A stretch of DNA of 64,000 bases from Pseudomonadota bacterium (GCA_021323865.1 JAJPKF010000006.1:16772-80771); one strand, 5' to 3'; counted from the first letter of the stretch, positions 30,969 through 41,177 are shown. Made by a program: numbers and translations. Notes: a model not told the origin generated them from the sequence alone.

Positions 30969-32663
30969 TTACGTCCCGGGCTGCAGACGCCGGTGAAGCT
31001 CGAGCAGCTTCACGTCGTCGAACCAAGCGGTACCCTTGCCGGTGAGCACGCACTGAATGTTCAGCAGCTTGACACCCTGCGGGATGAAGAACGTCCGCGA
31101 GAATCTGTGCCAGGATGTGGTGCCCTTGACACGCGGGAACTTGGGCAGGGTGGGCCCCTCCCAGGGGCTGGCCCGAATCAGTGTTGCCGCGAAGTAAGCG
31201 CTGTCACCTCGGTCGGTGCCCAAACCAAAGTCGCAGCCCTTGCACAGCCGGACATCCTTGGTCATCATCCAACCGGACAGCCGGTACCACCGATAGGGAA
31301 TCACCCGCACCACCTGTCCCCAGAACAAGGCCGCGTGGGGCGTCTTGCGCTCCCATTCGATCCTTCCGCTGCTGAAGCCGCTGTGCGCCACGGTGGAGTC
31401 GAAGGCCAGGTTCGCGCGGACGGTGGGAGGAAGCGTTTCGGTCAGAAGATCGTCCATCTGCCAGCCAAGAACGCCGCCCGTCTCAAAGCCGCCGTTCACG
31501 AGATGCTTCGGGGGCGGCGGGAAGGGCGGCACGATAGGCTTGCCGGGAACGTTGGCGATCGGCTCGGCCTGAGGCACCCCAGGTCCCCAGATGGTGACGC
31601 CGTGAGTATTGGCGTTGCCGCTGGCCACCCCGCCGTTGGGCATGGGCCAGCAGCTGTAGGGCTCGGGGAGATCGTAGTAGCGCCGTCGAATGACTCCCTT
31701 GCGGCTCACCTCGAGGCAGCGGTTGTGAAGTGAGTCGTCGACCAGAATGTCTCCGTTGGTCATCTGCATCGCGTCGCGGGGCCACAGGATCTTCTCGCCG
31801 CCTGTGGCGTTCCGTGTGTTGTTGATGGCCGGATACTGCCACAGTTCCCGAGTGCAGTTACGGTTGACGATGACGACTCGCGCATTATCTGAGTCGGAGA
31901 TGATCGTGTCCCCGTTGGCCAGCCGCTGAGCGTTGTGCTCCCCGAGCAGGTGGTCGGGCTTGCCGTCGAGGTTGATGAACCGGCTGCACTTCCAGTAGAC
32001 GTGGCCGTGCCGGTCGATCTCGAAGACCGTGTTGTTCATACGGGATGTGATCAGATAGTGACCGTTGGGGATCTCGAGCGCATTGTTAGGGTATTCGAGC
32101 CGTGACCCGTCACTCAGGCGCCCGCGACCCAGAAAGCCATGACCGGGGCCGAGATCGTCCGTATTGAAGACGATCTTGCACTGACGGTTGACCTCGATGA
32201 CCCGGTTGTTGTTGGTGTCCGTGATCAGGATGTTGCCGCGGGTCGTCGGATAGGCGGAGTGGACAAAGTCCAGTTGCGGGTTGAAGTATGCCCAGATTGG
32301 TTTCCCTTGCGGACTAAACTCCACCACTTTGCTGCCGTACCGATTGAAGGCGCCGGCGTCCGCCACCAGGAATGACCCGCCCGCCTCTGGCGTCACCTGG
32401 GCCGGCGTGTATATGAAGCCAAGCGCCGGCGGGACCGGATGCGGGCAGAAGCCCGCATGGGGAAGCGCCGGCACCTTGGGACCGACCGCGGGGGCGAATG
32501 GTGCCTGCACCGACTGGCCGATACAGCCGGAGAGCGCGAGGCACGCCAGGAATGGGGTGAGGACTGAGAGCAGTTTCCCTTTGAGGGCGCGGATCAGGGA
32601 TAGCAGTCCAGTGGTCGGGAGCATCATCGAAGCATTATCCCAAGCAACGCGCCCTCCATGCAT
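30969..32663 (-). CDS. Lipoprotein with beta-propeller repeats and C-terminal CBM4/9-like domain
   Basis: LSGC lipobox; repeated (G/N)..LI.D..N.RV.EV; LVNGGFE..W and GTAWFDDVKL; start uncertain. Confidence 0.65.
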   Translation of the reverse strand: MHGGRVAWDNASMMLPTTGLLSLIRALKGKLLSVLTPFLACLALSGCIGQSVQAPFAPAVGPKVPALPHAGFCPHPVPPALGFIYTPAQVTPEAGGSFLVADAGAFNRYGSKVVEFSPQGKPIWAYFNPQLDFVHSAYPTTRGNILITDTNNNRVIEVNRQCKIVFNTDDLGPGHGFLGRGRLSDGSRLEYPNNALEIPNGHYLITSRMNNTVFEIDRHGHVYWKCSRFINLDGKPDHLLGEHNAQRLANGDTIISDSDNARVVIVNRNCTRELWQYPAINNTRNATGGEKILWPRDAMQMTNGDILVDDSLHNRCLEVSRKGVIRRRYYDLPEPYSCWPMPNGGVASGNANTHGVTIWGPGVPQAEPIANVPGKPIVPPFPPPPKHLVNGGFETGGVLGWQMDDLLTETLPPTVRANLAFDSTVAHSGFSSGRIEWERKTPHAALFWGQVVRVIPYRWYRLSGWMMTKDVRLCKGCDFGLGTDRGDSAYFAATLIRASPWEGPTLPKFPRVKGTTSWHRFSRTFFIPQGVKLLNIQCVLTGKGTAWFDDVKLLELHRRLQPGT

Positions 32664-32683
32664 CCCGCCTGAGATGGCCGTGG

Positions 32684-32977
32684 CTACTCCGGCTCTCCCT
32701 CAAACTGGCGTCGAAGGGCGGCGTCCTGGATCTCATCTAGATCTACGTTCAACGTTCTGATGTTTTGGCCCATCGTCTCCACGGGCGCTTCCGGCTGAAG
32801 CCGCTGCACCGAGGGATGGTCCGGATGCATCAGCGTGACCCGGCCGCAGCCGCGGCAGAAGAGCATGGCCACAGGGATGTGCTCGTCGAGCCAGTCGCGA
32901 ACCGTCGCATCGGCGGCTCGAAGGCCCACGACCCGGTAGCCCTCGTACCGTTGCGAACAGTGGGGACAGGCGCTCAT
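32684..32977 (-). CDS. Zn-ribbon hypothetical protein
   Basis: CPHC..CRGC. Confidence 0.6.
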   Translation of the reverse strand: MSACPHCSQRYEGYRVVGLRAADATVRDWLDEHIPVAMLFCRGCGRVTLMHPDHPSVQRLQPEAPVETMGQNIRTLNVDLDEIQDAALRRQFEGEPE

Positions 32978-33102
32978 TCCTGTCGCGGTCGCCGCCTCAC
33001 GCGGGCGTGTCCGCTCTGATCATCCCAGGCCTTCAACAAGAGCAGCCCTGCCGTCGCCACGGCGACGACTCCCACGACAAGCTCCACGGCCGTCACCAGC
33101 AT
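32974..33102 (-). CDS. 42-aa single-TM protein (not in ORF track)
   Basis: MLVTAVELVVGVVAVATAGLLLLKAWDDQSGHARVRRRPRQE; ATGA overlap with the next gene. Confidence 0.55.
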   Translation of the reverse strand: MLVTAVELVVGVVAVATAGLLLLKAWDDQSGHARVRRRPRQE

Positions 33103-33195
33103 CGGGTATTCCAGGCGAGTTGGTGCCCCAATATAGCCAACAGAGCCCCACGTCGCGAAGAGAGCCCTGCCGGCCGAAAGCCGCCCTGCGACGTC

Positions 33196-33558
33196 TTAGT
33201 GGGCCAGGACCGCCCGGGCCTTCTTATCTGCCACGCTCTGGCAGCCGACACACAGCGTCGCGAACGGGAGTGCCTGCAGTCGCCGCGGTGGAATGTCGGC
33301 CCCGCAGTCGGCGCACACGCCGTACGAGCCGTTGTCGAGGCGCTCGAGGGCGGACTCGATGGTCGTGAGCCGCCCGTCCAGTGAATCCGATAGGGCCTGA
33401 TCCTGTCCCCAGCTCGACGCGGGAACTCCATCTCCGTCAAATTCGATGTCCAAGGCATCACGCGCGATGGCAGTCATCCGGTTGAGAACCGCTTCTCGCT
33501 CTCGGGTGAGCATCTCGCGCACAGATTCGGCATAGCTATCGACAGTTGCGTCTGTCAT
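33196..33558 (-). CDS. TraR/DksA C4 zinc-finger protein
   Basis: ALERLDNGSYGVCADCG.DIP..RLQALP.ATLCVGC. Confidence 0.88.
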   Translation of the reverse strand: MTDATVDSYAESVREMLTREREAVLNRMTAIARDALDIEFDGDGVPASSWGQDQALSDSLDGRLTTIESALERLDNGSYGVCADCGADIPPRRLQALPFATLCVGCQSVADKKARAVLAH

Positions 33559-33736
33559 CTTGTTCCCCTCTGAGATGATTTCGCGTGCTGAGCACGAAAT
33601 GTGCCAGCGCCGAGTCGATCCTCGACTCAAGCGGGGGTACCGTCCAACAGCAAGTGTATCACCCGGCTGGAAGCCGCCGTCCTTCGTCCGGCACCCGGGA
33701 CAGACAGCGAGCGAGACTTCGTGAGGGAAAGGTGAA

Positions 33737-33812
33737 TGGTGGGCGCGGCAGGACTCGAACCCGCGACCCTGCGGATGTAAGCCGCATGCTCTACCAGCTG
33801 AGCTACGCGCCC
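33737..33812 (-). tRNA. tRNA-Val(TAC)
   Basis: GGGCGCGTAGCTCAG..TGCGG-CTTACAT-CCGCA..GGTTCGAGTCC..CGCGCCCACCA, 76 nt with encoded CCA. Confidence 0.97.
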
Positions 33813-33888
33813 CTCCCGATTCTGCGGTATGGGCAGGGTCGGGCGGAGGGGATACCTATAATTTGGGGCTCATTGACTGGAGGCGCCC

Positions 33889-34746
33889 GTGGCTACCCAC
33901 TCTCCCGAACCGCCGGTGTACGGTGGCCGGGCATTGGCTCGAGGTGTGCTGATGGTGGGTCCGGGCGCCATGGCGGTTTCGGTTCGCGCGGCGGACGGCT
34001 CCATTTCCACTGCCGTGGAGCCCTTTCAGCCACCATTTTCGGCCGCCAAGGGCGTGCCGTTTCTGCGTGGCCTCGCCGCGATGGCCGGCGCCGTCGTGCT
34101 GGCCCTGAAATCGGCCCGGATGGAACGGCGGCTCATCACCGACGAGAGCCGGCTCCAGCGTCTGCTCCTGACTCTCGGTCCGATTGTTTCCGTGAGTCTT
34201 CTGGAATCGGTTCTCCGTCAACTTGTGGCGGCCAGGCGGGGCCAGCGCGCGGGGCCTGGAATGGGTGTGACCACCGCAATTGCGCCGTTACTCGCCTTCC
34301 GGCTCTCGACGGTGGTATCTGCCAACCGGCAGCTGCTGCAGTACCACGCGGCGGAACATATGGCCGTGCATGCCGTCGAGGCAGGTCGCGAGCTGACTCC
34401 AGAGGGGTCTGCGCCGATGAGCCGCATCCATCCGCGGTGCGGCACCAGCTTCGCCGTCTGGGTGATCGTGCTCAACATGGCCCTCCAGCGGGCGCTTCGC
34501 GGTCACCGGCTGGGTGCCGTTGTCGGTGGGCCACTCAGTCTTTCGCTCGGCTACGAGATTGCTCAGCTCGGCAACCGCAAGCGTGATGAACCTTGGGCGC
34601 GGTACGTCTTCGGGCCCGCTTGGGGCGCCCAGCTCCTAACCACCTCACCCCCGACCGATGAGCAGCTGGAGGTGGCCTGCTCAGCCCTCAAGGCGGTCAT
34701 CGACTTCAAGGCCAGCGAGGCCGTTGGCTCCCCGGGGCTCGTCTAA
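33889..34746 (+). CDS. DUF1385 membrane protein
   Basis: YGGRA..GVLM, PFLRG, YHAAEH, HPRCGTSF and QLLTT..P..QLEVA. Confidence 0.85.
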   Translation: MATHSPEPPVYGGRALARGVLMVGPGAMAVSVRAADGSISTAVEPFQPPFSAAKGVPFLRGLAAMAGAVVLALKSARMERRLITDESRLQRLLLTLGPIVSVSLLESVLRQLVAARRGQRAGPGMGVTTAIAPLLAFRLSTVVSANRQLLQYHAAEHMAVHAVEAGRELTPEGSAPMSRIHPRCGTSFAVWVIVLNMALQRALRGHRLGAVVGGPLSLSLGYEIAQLGNRKRDEPWARYVFGPAWGAQLLTTSPPTDEQLEVACSALKAVIDFKASEAVGSPGLV

Positions 34747-35596
34747 GCCACGGCAGCCCGACCCATTTCGGGGGCTCACAGCCGGTGTTCAGGTATCCAC
34801 CGCCCCCAACCCGGGTCCCAAGACGCTATCGGGCACCAACGTCTATCTGGTGGGCTCGCGCGTTCTGATCGACGCCGGGCCGGACGACGCGCGCTACATT
34901 GACGTTCTGGCAGAGTCCATCCTGCGGGGTGGCGGCGCGACTGCTCTTCTGCTGACCCATGGGCACCCAGACCATGCGGGCGGGGCGGCCGCTCTTGCCG
35001 AGCGTCTCGGCGTCCCCGTGTATCTAGCTCCCAATGCGGATCCCTCGGTTCTGGGGTCGCTTCCGGATGTCCGGGAGCTTGGGGATCGAGACACGTTCGA
35101 CACGCCATCCGGAGCCGTTCGGGCCGTCGCGACACCGGGTCACGCGCGAGATCACTTCTGTTTCTGGCTGGAGGCCGAAGGAGTGCTGTTCTGCGGCGAT
35201 ACCGTTCTGGGGGTCGGCACGAGTCTGGTGGCCAGACCGGAAGGCGACATGGCGGCGTACCTGCAATCGCTCCGGCGAATCCGAGCCCTTCATCCTCGAC
35301 TCATTGCCCCGGGCCACGGTCCGCCGGTCGGAGACCCATTGGCGAAGATCGACGAATACCTGGAGCACCGGCGCACGCGTGAACAGGCCCTGATGCAGGC
35401 TCTCGAAGGTGGTCCCGTCTCCCTTGACGAGCTGGTGGACAGCGTCTACGGGCCCCAGCCTTCCGAAATCCGGCGGCTGGCGCTGCTATCCGCCGAGGCG
35501 CAGCTGCACAAGTTGATGGACGAGGGCATGGTGACGATGCACAGAGGCGCATATGCACTCAGCGAAGAGGCGCCACCGGCCGCGGGAGACGCCTAA
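34724..35596 (+). CDS. MBL-fold hydrolase (LACTB2-like, C-terminal winged helix)
   Basis: APNPGPKTLSGTN, THGHPDH, PGHARDH, GDTVLG, PGHG; TTG start inferred. Confidence 0.85.
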   Translation: MAPRGSSKPRQPDPFRGLTAGVQVSTAPNPGPKTLSGTNVYLVGSRVLIDAGPDDARYIDVLAESILRGGGATALLLTHGHPDHAGGAAALAERLGVPVYLAPNADPSVLGSLPDVRELGDRDTFDTPSGAVRAVATPGHARDHFCFWLEAEGVLFCGDTVLGVGTSLVARPEGDMAAYLQSLRRIRALHPRLIAPGHGPPVGDPLAKIDEYLEHRRTREQALMQALEGGPVSLDELVDSVYGPQPSEIRRLALLSAEAQLHKLMDEGMVTMHRGAYALSEEAPPAAGDA

Positions 35597-35720
35597 GAGC
35601 GCGTGAAGCGGTTGGGGAGGCCCAGCAATGCGCACGTTTCCGCGGCATCCAGGGGTCCGTCGCCTTTGCTCCCGACCTAGCGACTTCTGAGCGGTCGGCT
35701 CCGGAGCCGCGCGACTGCCA

Positions 35721-36542
35721 TCATCCGGGTACGGGGTCGACGATGATGCCGGACCCTTCGACATACCCCGGATCTCCGGGAATGAGGAAGGTTCGCGCAC
35801 CGTCCTGCTCCCGCCACCGGGGCATCACCGTCCTGACCGGCATCGCTCGGGTGGACGTCCAGAGCTCGTCGACCGAGGGGAATGCGGCCAGACGCTGGAG
35901 ATGCCGTTCCGTGGCGAAGACCAGAGGAAAGCTTCCGGCTCGATAACGCTCCAGCGCCTCCTCGGGCCGTGTCCACAGACTGTCCGTCAGCTCATGGAGA
36001 TCGGCGTGCACCGGTTCCTCACCCGGACGAAGCCGGACCAGAAAGAAGAAGGTGTCGAAGCGCTTGTTCAGGATCGGCGGCGTGACCCAGTTCGAGAAGA
36101 GCAGCAGACGATCGGCTTCGTAGATCAGATCGTGCTGTTCGGCCAGATCTCGCATGCTGATCTCGCCACGGCGCACCCGATCCCGAGCCGCGGAGAGCTT
36201 ACCGGCCTCGATCCCATGACCGGCAGGTGACCCATCAGATCCGGCCGCTCGCGCCAGAAGCAAGCCCGCCTCTTCGAACAGCTCCCGAATGGCGGCCAGC
36301 CAGATGAGCGGCCATCCGATGCCTGGCGATAGTTCACCGGCATTTGGCTGATCCGGTCGGTCGAGCCGCTCCTCCGCCACGATGTCTCGCGGGTCTGCCT
36401 TGCCGCCTGGAAACACGAAGACGTCGGGCGCGAAGTCGCTCCTAATGTGGCGGCGCGCCATGAAGACCTCCAGAACGGCCTCCGCTTGGCGAACGAGGAC
36501 GACTGAAGCGGCCGGAACCGGCTCCGGCGCCGAGGCCGTCAA
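35721..36542 (-). CDS. Nudix hydrolase (NUDT19-like)
   Basis: [28 protein letters not shown] and RFDTFFF; TTG overlaps the thiolase stop. Confidence 0.85.
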   Translation of the reverse strand: MTASAPEPVPAASVVLVRQAEAVLEVFMARRHIRSDFAPDVFVFPGGKADPRDIVAEERLDRPDQPNAGELSPGIGWPLIWLAAIRELFEEAGLLLARAAGSDGSPAGHGIEAGKLSAARDRVRRGEISMRDLAEQHDLIYEADRLLLFSNWVTPPILNKRFDTFFFLVRLRPGEEPVHADLHELTDSLWTRPEEALERYRAGSFPLVFATERHLQRLAAFPSVDELWTSTRAMPVRTVMPRWREQDGARTFLIPGDPGYVEGSGIIVDPVPG

Positions 36543-37747
36543 ACCGCCTCGAAGAGGGCGCTGATGCCCTGGCCGACACCGATACACATGGTGACCAATC
36601 CGCGCCTTGATCCACGCCCCTGCATCTCGTAGAGAAGTGTGGTGACCAGACGGGCCCCGCTGGCCCCAAGCGGATGGCCGAGGGCGATCGCTCCGCCATT
36701 GACGTTGACGGATTCCTGATCGAGTCCGAGGAGCCGGATGCAGGCCAGCGATTGGCTCGCGAAGGCCTCATTAAGCTCCACCAGATCAATCTCCTCGATT
36801 CCCACGGCGCATCGATCCAGGAGCTTCCGGGTTGCCGGGACGGGCCCCAGCCCCATGACGGACGGATCAACCCCGGCCGTTGCTGCATCGACGAATCGTC
36901 CCAAGGGCTGAAGGCCCAACTCCGAGGCGCGGTCTTCGCTGGTGATGAGAAGCGCCGAGGCGCCGTCGCTGATCTGCGAGGAGTTGCCGGCGGTCACGGT
37001 GCCATCGGCCTGAAAGGCGGGCTTCAGCTTGGCGAGTCGCTCCAGCGAGGTGTCGCGCCGCGGCCCGTCGTCGGTGTCGACGCGTTCATCACCCTCTCGC
37101 GTCCGGACCGGCACGGGGACGATCTCCCTCGAGAACCGGCAGGAATCCTGAGCGGCGACGGCTCGTTGGTGACTCTGCAGGGCGAACTTGTCTTGATCCT
37201 GCCGGCCGATGTCATGCTCACGAGCCACCCGCTCGGCGGTCTCGCCCAGACCGAGAGGCGGGTAACGCTCCGCAAGTCGTGGGTTGATCATTCTCCATCC
37301 GACCGTCGTGTCCTCGGCCACGGGCGGCCGGCGGTCGAAGGCCGTCTCGGGCTTGCGCGTGACATATGGCGCTCGGGTCATGCTCTCGGCGCCGCCCGCG
37401 ATGAACACGTCGCCGGCGCCGACTTGAATCTCCCGGCAGGCCGCCACGATCGCCTGAAGGCCCGATCCGCAGAGGCGGTTCAGGGTGGCACCGGGGACGG
37501 TCTCCGGAAGGCCGGCGAGGAGCGTGGCCATGCGCGCCACGTTGCGGTTGTCCTCTCCCGCCTGATTGGCGGCCCCGAAGAACACGTCGTCAATGGTTCC
37601 CGCGTCAATCCCGGTCCGGTCCACGATGGAGCGAATCACGAGAGCCGCAAGGTCGTCCGGCCGAACGTCCCTCAGGGCGCCGGCGTACTTCCCAAACGGC
37701 GTGCGCACGGCGTCGACGACGACCGCCGGCCTCAGATTGGGGTTCAC
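36539..37747 (-). CDS. Thiolase, PcaF/PaaJ (3-oxoadipyl-CoA) type
   Basis: [40 protein letters not shown] and MCIGVGQG. Confidence 0.88.
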   Translation of the reverse strand: MNPNLRPAVVVDAVRTPFGKYAGALRDVRPDDLAALVIRSIVDRTGIDAGTIDDVFFGAANQAGEDNRNVARMATLLAGLPETVPGATLNRLCGSGLQAIVAACREIQVGAGDVFIAGGAESMTRAPYVTRKPETAFDRRPPVAEDTTVGWRMINPRLAERYPPLGLGETAERVAREHDIGRQDQDKFALQSHQRAVAAQDSCRFSREIVPVPVRTREGDERVDTDDGPRRDTSLERLAKLKPAFQADGTVTAGNSSQISDGASALLITSEDRASELGLQPLGRFVDAATAGVDPSVMGLGPVPATRKLLDRCAVGIEEIDLVELNEAFASQSLACIRLLGLDQESVNVNGGAIALGHPLGASGARLVTTLLYEMQGRGSRRGLVTMCIGVGQGISALFEAV

Positions 37748-37772
37748 GCTGTTCAGCCTCGGCTGGAGGAGG

Positions 37773-39260
37773 TCACAGCCGCCAGGGGTTCACGGGGCGC
37801 GTGGAGGTGTTGATCTGGACGCCCTTGAGCTCGGTGTAGAGCTTGAGCGTCTCGAAGGCCAGCTCGCGGCCGATGCCGGATTGCTTGTATCCGCCGAACG
37901 GCAGGCCGGGGGTCCCCGTCGCCGGCGTATTGACACCAAGCAGTCCTGTCTGCACGCCCTGAGCGACCCGGTGGGCGCGACCGAGGTTCTGGGTCCAGAG
38001 GGTCCCGGCCAGCCCATAGATCGAGTCGTTGGCCAAACGGATCGCCTCCTCCTCGTCGTCAAACGGGATCATGACCACAACCGGCCCAAAGATCTCCTCC
38101 TGAGCAACGCGCATACGGTTGTGGGCATTGGCGAGGGCCGTGGGCAGGAGGAAGTTGCCCGCCCGCAGGGCATCCTCGTCCGGAGAGCCGCCACCGGTGA
38201 CGAGTTCGGCGCCCTCCTGCCGTCCAAGGTCGACATAACTCTTGATCGACTCGAGCTGGGCAGGGGAGATGATGGCGCCCATCTGGGTGGACGGATCGAG
38301 TGGATTTCCCACGCGAATCTTCTGGGCCTTCTCGGCGAAGCTGGCGACGAAGCGATCGTAGATCGAGCGCTCGATCAGGAGACGCGAACGGGCTTCACAC
38401 GACTGTCCGGAGTTGTAATAGATGGCGAAGAGGGAGCCGTTGACGGCATCCTCGAAGTTGGCGTCGGCGAAGACGATGTTGGCCGATTTTCCTCCCAGCT
38501 CCAGGGTCACGCGCTTCATACCGTCGGCGGCGATCTTCATGATGGTTCGACCGGTGGCCGTTTCTCCGGTGAACGCGACCTTGCCGATGCCCGGATGACC
38601 GGCCAGATAGGAGCCGACGGAGGCGCCTGGGCCGGTAATCACATTGACCACCCCAGGCGGAATCCCGGAATCGAGGGCCAGCTGCGCCAGCAGGAGTGCG
38701 GTGACGGGAGTGGCGCTGGCGGGCTTAAGCACCACGGTGTTGCCGGCCGCGATGGCGGGCGCAATCTTCCACACCGCCATCATCAGCGGATAGTTCCAGG
38801 GGATGATCTGCCCGCAAACGCCGATGGGCTCTCGCAGCGTGTAGCTGAAGCTGTGGGATGAGACCGGGACGGTCTCGCCGGTCAATTTCGTGGCCGCTCC
38901 GGCGTAGTACACCAGGACCTCGATGCTGTGCAGAAGCTCCGGCTTGGCGGCGAAGGCGACGGGCTTGCCACTGTTGATCGCCTCTGCCTCGGCCAAGCTC
39001 TCGACCTGCTCTTGGAGCTTCTCGGCGAAGCGGAGCATCAGCGTGGTTCGCTTGGAGGCCGCCGTGCGCGCCCAGCCCGGAAAGGCCTTGCTTGCCGCCT
39101 CCACCGCCCGGTCCACGTCCTCAGGGCCGGATCTGGGGACCGTCGCGTACACCTCATTGGTCGCTGGGTTGGAGACATCCATCGTCTCGCCGTTGAGGGC
39201 GTCGACGCGCTCGCCCCCGATGACCATGGGATAGTGCGCTATGGCTGTTGCCGTGGTCAT
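37773..39260 (-). CDS. NAD(P)-dependent aldehyde dehydrogenase
   Basis: [27 protein letters not shown] and PFGGYKQSG. Confidence 0.93.
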   Translation of the reverse strand: MTTATAIAHYPMVIGGERVDALNGETMDVSNPATNEVYATVPRSGPEDVDRAVEAASKAFPGWARTAASKRTTLMLRFAEKLQEQVESLAEAEAINSGKPVAFAAKPELLHSIEVLVYYAGAATKLTGETVPVSSHSFSYTLREPIGVCGQIIPWNYPLMMAVWKIAPAIAAGNTVVLKPASATPVTALLLAQLALDSGIPPGVVNVITGPGASVGSYLAGHPGIGKVAFTGETATGRTIMKIAADGMKRVTLELGGKSANIVFADANFEDAVNGSLFAIYYNSGQSCEARSRLLIERSIYDRFVASFAEKAQKIRVGNPLDPSTQMGAIISPAQLESIKSYVDLGRQEGAELVTGGGSPDEDALRAGNFLLPTALANAHNRMRVAQEEIFGPVVVMIPFDDEEEAIRLANDSIYGLAGTLWTQNLGRAHRVAQGVQTGLLGVNTPATGTPGLPFGGYKQSGIGRELAFETLKLYTELKGVQINTSTRPVNPWRL

Positions 39261-39345
39261 GATGCCGCCATCAACTCCCGTTCATGTCGACTGTCGGTTC
39301 TTCCCACCAGGGCGCTCTACGACGAGCCCGCGGCGCGCTTAGATC

Positions 39346-40158
39346 CTACTCGCCTCGGAAGGTGGGCTGCCGCTTATCGAGCCAGGCCTGCAGTCCCTCT
39401 TGCGCGTCGGCCGTCCGGAACAGCCGGTTCTGCAGCTCCCGCTCCATGAACAGACCGGATTCGATCCCCACCTCCACGCCTTCCTTCACCGAAAGCTTGA
39501 TGAGCCCGCTCGCCCGTGCCGGTCCCGCCGCCAGCTTGCGCGCGTAGTCCATAGTCCGATCGAGAACCTCCTCGGCCGGATAGAGGTACTCGACGATGCC
39601 GTAGTCATAGGCCTCGGACGGGGTCAACAGGCGGCCGCTGATCATCAGGTCGAGGGCTCGCGAGGGCCCGATCAGGCGGCTGAGGCGCTGAGTGCCGCCG
39701 GTACCCGGCAGGACACCAAGGTTGACCTCCGGCAAGCCGATCTGAATGCCGGAGTCGGCCGCGAAGCGGAGGTCCATGGCCAGGGCGATCTCCAGCCCCC
39801 CTCCCACGGTGTGGCCGGTGAGGGCGGCGACAAAGACCTTCGGTGTCCGCTCGATCTTCCGCAGGGTTTCCTGGGCCTCGAGGCAAAAGCAGGCCTTGTA
39901 GTCCGGCGTTGCCGCCTTGAGCATGCTGATCTCGGCCCCGGCCGAGAAGAACTTGGGCACGTCGCTCTTGACCACCACCGCCTTGATGTCCGTGTCGAGA
40001 CGGATCTCGTTGACGGCGTCGTTCAGCTGCCGGATGAAGTCATAGTCGTAGGTGTTGGCCTTGGGCTTGTTGAAGGTCAGGAGCCCGACCCCGCCTTCCT
40101 TGTCCAGGCTGATGTGCTGCTGTGCCGACGTGCTGGGAGCAGGCGCTTCGACCGCCAT
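39346..40158 (-). CDS. Enoyl-CoA hydratase/isomerase (crotonase)
   Basis: FSAGAEI, GGGLEIA and PEVNLGVLPGTGGTQRL. Confidence 0.92.
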   Translation of the reverse strand: MAVEAPAPSTSAQQHISLDKEGGVGLLTFNKPKANTYDYDFIRQLNDAVNEIRLDTDIKAVVVKSDVPKFFSAGAEISMLKAATPDYKACFCLEAQETLRKIERTPKVFVAALTGHTVGGGLEIALAMDLRFAADSGIQIGLPEVNLGVLPGTGGTQRLSRLIGPSRALDLMISGRLLTPSEAYDYGIVEYLYPAEEVLDRTMDYARKLAAGPARASGLIKLSVKEGVEVGIESGLFMERELQNRLFRTADAQEGLQAWLDKRQPTFRGE

Positions 40159-40257
40159 GTGGATCACCTCAGAGGTCTGATCTGTGGGCAGGCTGATACC
40201 AGCTTGCGCCTCCTCAGTGTGGCATGACTCTTCAGAGGCCGGGGCGGCTCGCGACGC

Positions 40258-40467
40258 TCATCCTTGTCGGCCTGCATCCTCGGACTGCGCGGTGAGATGC
40301 CGCATGACCGTCTCGTCCTTCACCTTCTCAAAGGGGGTTCTGCAAGCCTCGCAGTAGAACTGGACCGTGAGCAGCTGCTGACCGAAGAGCGACATGACCT
40401 GTGTCGCCTCGGCCCCGCAGAAGGGACAGGCAATTCGTCCCTCGTCTACCCTTTCAGACGCCGTCGC
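40258..40467 (-). CDS. PaaD C-terminal-like zinc ribbon, no canonical start codon
   Basis: Manual translation IACPFCGAEATQVMSLFGQQLLTVQFYCEACRTPFEKVK; frame bounded upstream by TGA at 40468-40470. Confidence 0.7.
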   Translation of the reverse strand, partial: ATASERVDEGRIACPFCGAEATQVMSLFGQQLLTVQFYCEACRTPFEKVKDETVMRHLTAQSEDAGRQG

Positions 40468-41177
40468 TCACCGTCCCAACGATCCCAGGGCAGATCGGCC
40501 ATTCCCATGGGAGTGGCAATGGCACTCGTGTCCATCACCGGGAGCACGCGCTCCAGGTAGGCGGAGCGCAGCTGCTCCGAGTCGCGGTCCAAAACGGTTC
40601 GCCGGCGCAGCTCCTCGATTTCTGCGTCGCTCTCGGGCCCGAACCACATGGCGGTCTCGGCCCAGATCCGGGAGAGGCTGTCTGACAGGCTCCGGTGCGA
40701 TCCCGCGCCCGCGGTGGCCAGTCGCTGCACCCAGGCCTTGCCGTGCAGCCAATGAATCCCCTCTTCGCCCACGATCCGGCGCGCGCGATTGCGCAGATCG
40801 TCGTACGACGAGTCGTAGGCCGCCTCGAACATGACGGTCAGGGCGGTGTCGACGAGGAAGTTGGCGGCGACGAACTCGGACCACGACCGGAAGGGCTCGT
40901 CCAGCGCCCGAAGGCTGTGAAAGGCCGTGCGCCCCTCGGGCTCGACATCTTGACCGGTGAAGTCGCGGAACAGCGGATACTGGCTGCGGGCGTGACCGAT
41001 CTCATCCTGGGCCATGGCGGCGGCGGCGACCGCCGCCTCCAGCGCCGGGGCCGCCGTGCACCATTCGGCGTACCGGCGGCCCAGCCAGTACTTGTTGTCG
41101 GCGAGGGTTTGGATGAGGGCGAACAGGGCCGGATCGGCCTTCGCTGGAGTGGCGGCCGCGGCCGCGGTCTCCACCAT
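40446..41177 (-). CDS. PaaC-like ring-epoxidase subunit (ferritin-like)
   Basis: LADNKY.LGRRYAEW..AP.LE, QDEIGH and EEGIH. Confidence 0.82.
   Translation of the reverse strand: MVETAAAAATPAKADPALFALIQTLADNKYWLGRRYAEWCTAAPALEAAVAAAAMAQDEIGHARSQYPLFRDFTGQDVEPEGRTAFHSLRALDEPFRSWSEFVAANFLVDTALTVMFEAAYDSSYDDLRNRARRIVGEEGIHWLHGKAWVQRLATAGAGSHRSLSDSLSRIWAETAMWFGPESDAEIEELRRRTVLDRDSEQLRSAYLERVLPVMDTSAIATPMGMADLPWDRWDGERRRLKG

Noticed and set aside
33560-33812. tRNA-Val as an integration site for the hcr block
   Set aside because: No integrase and no duplicated tRNA 3' end noticed in the window
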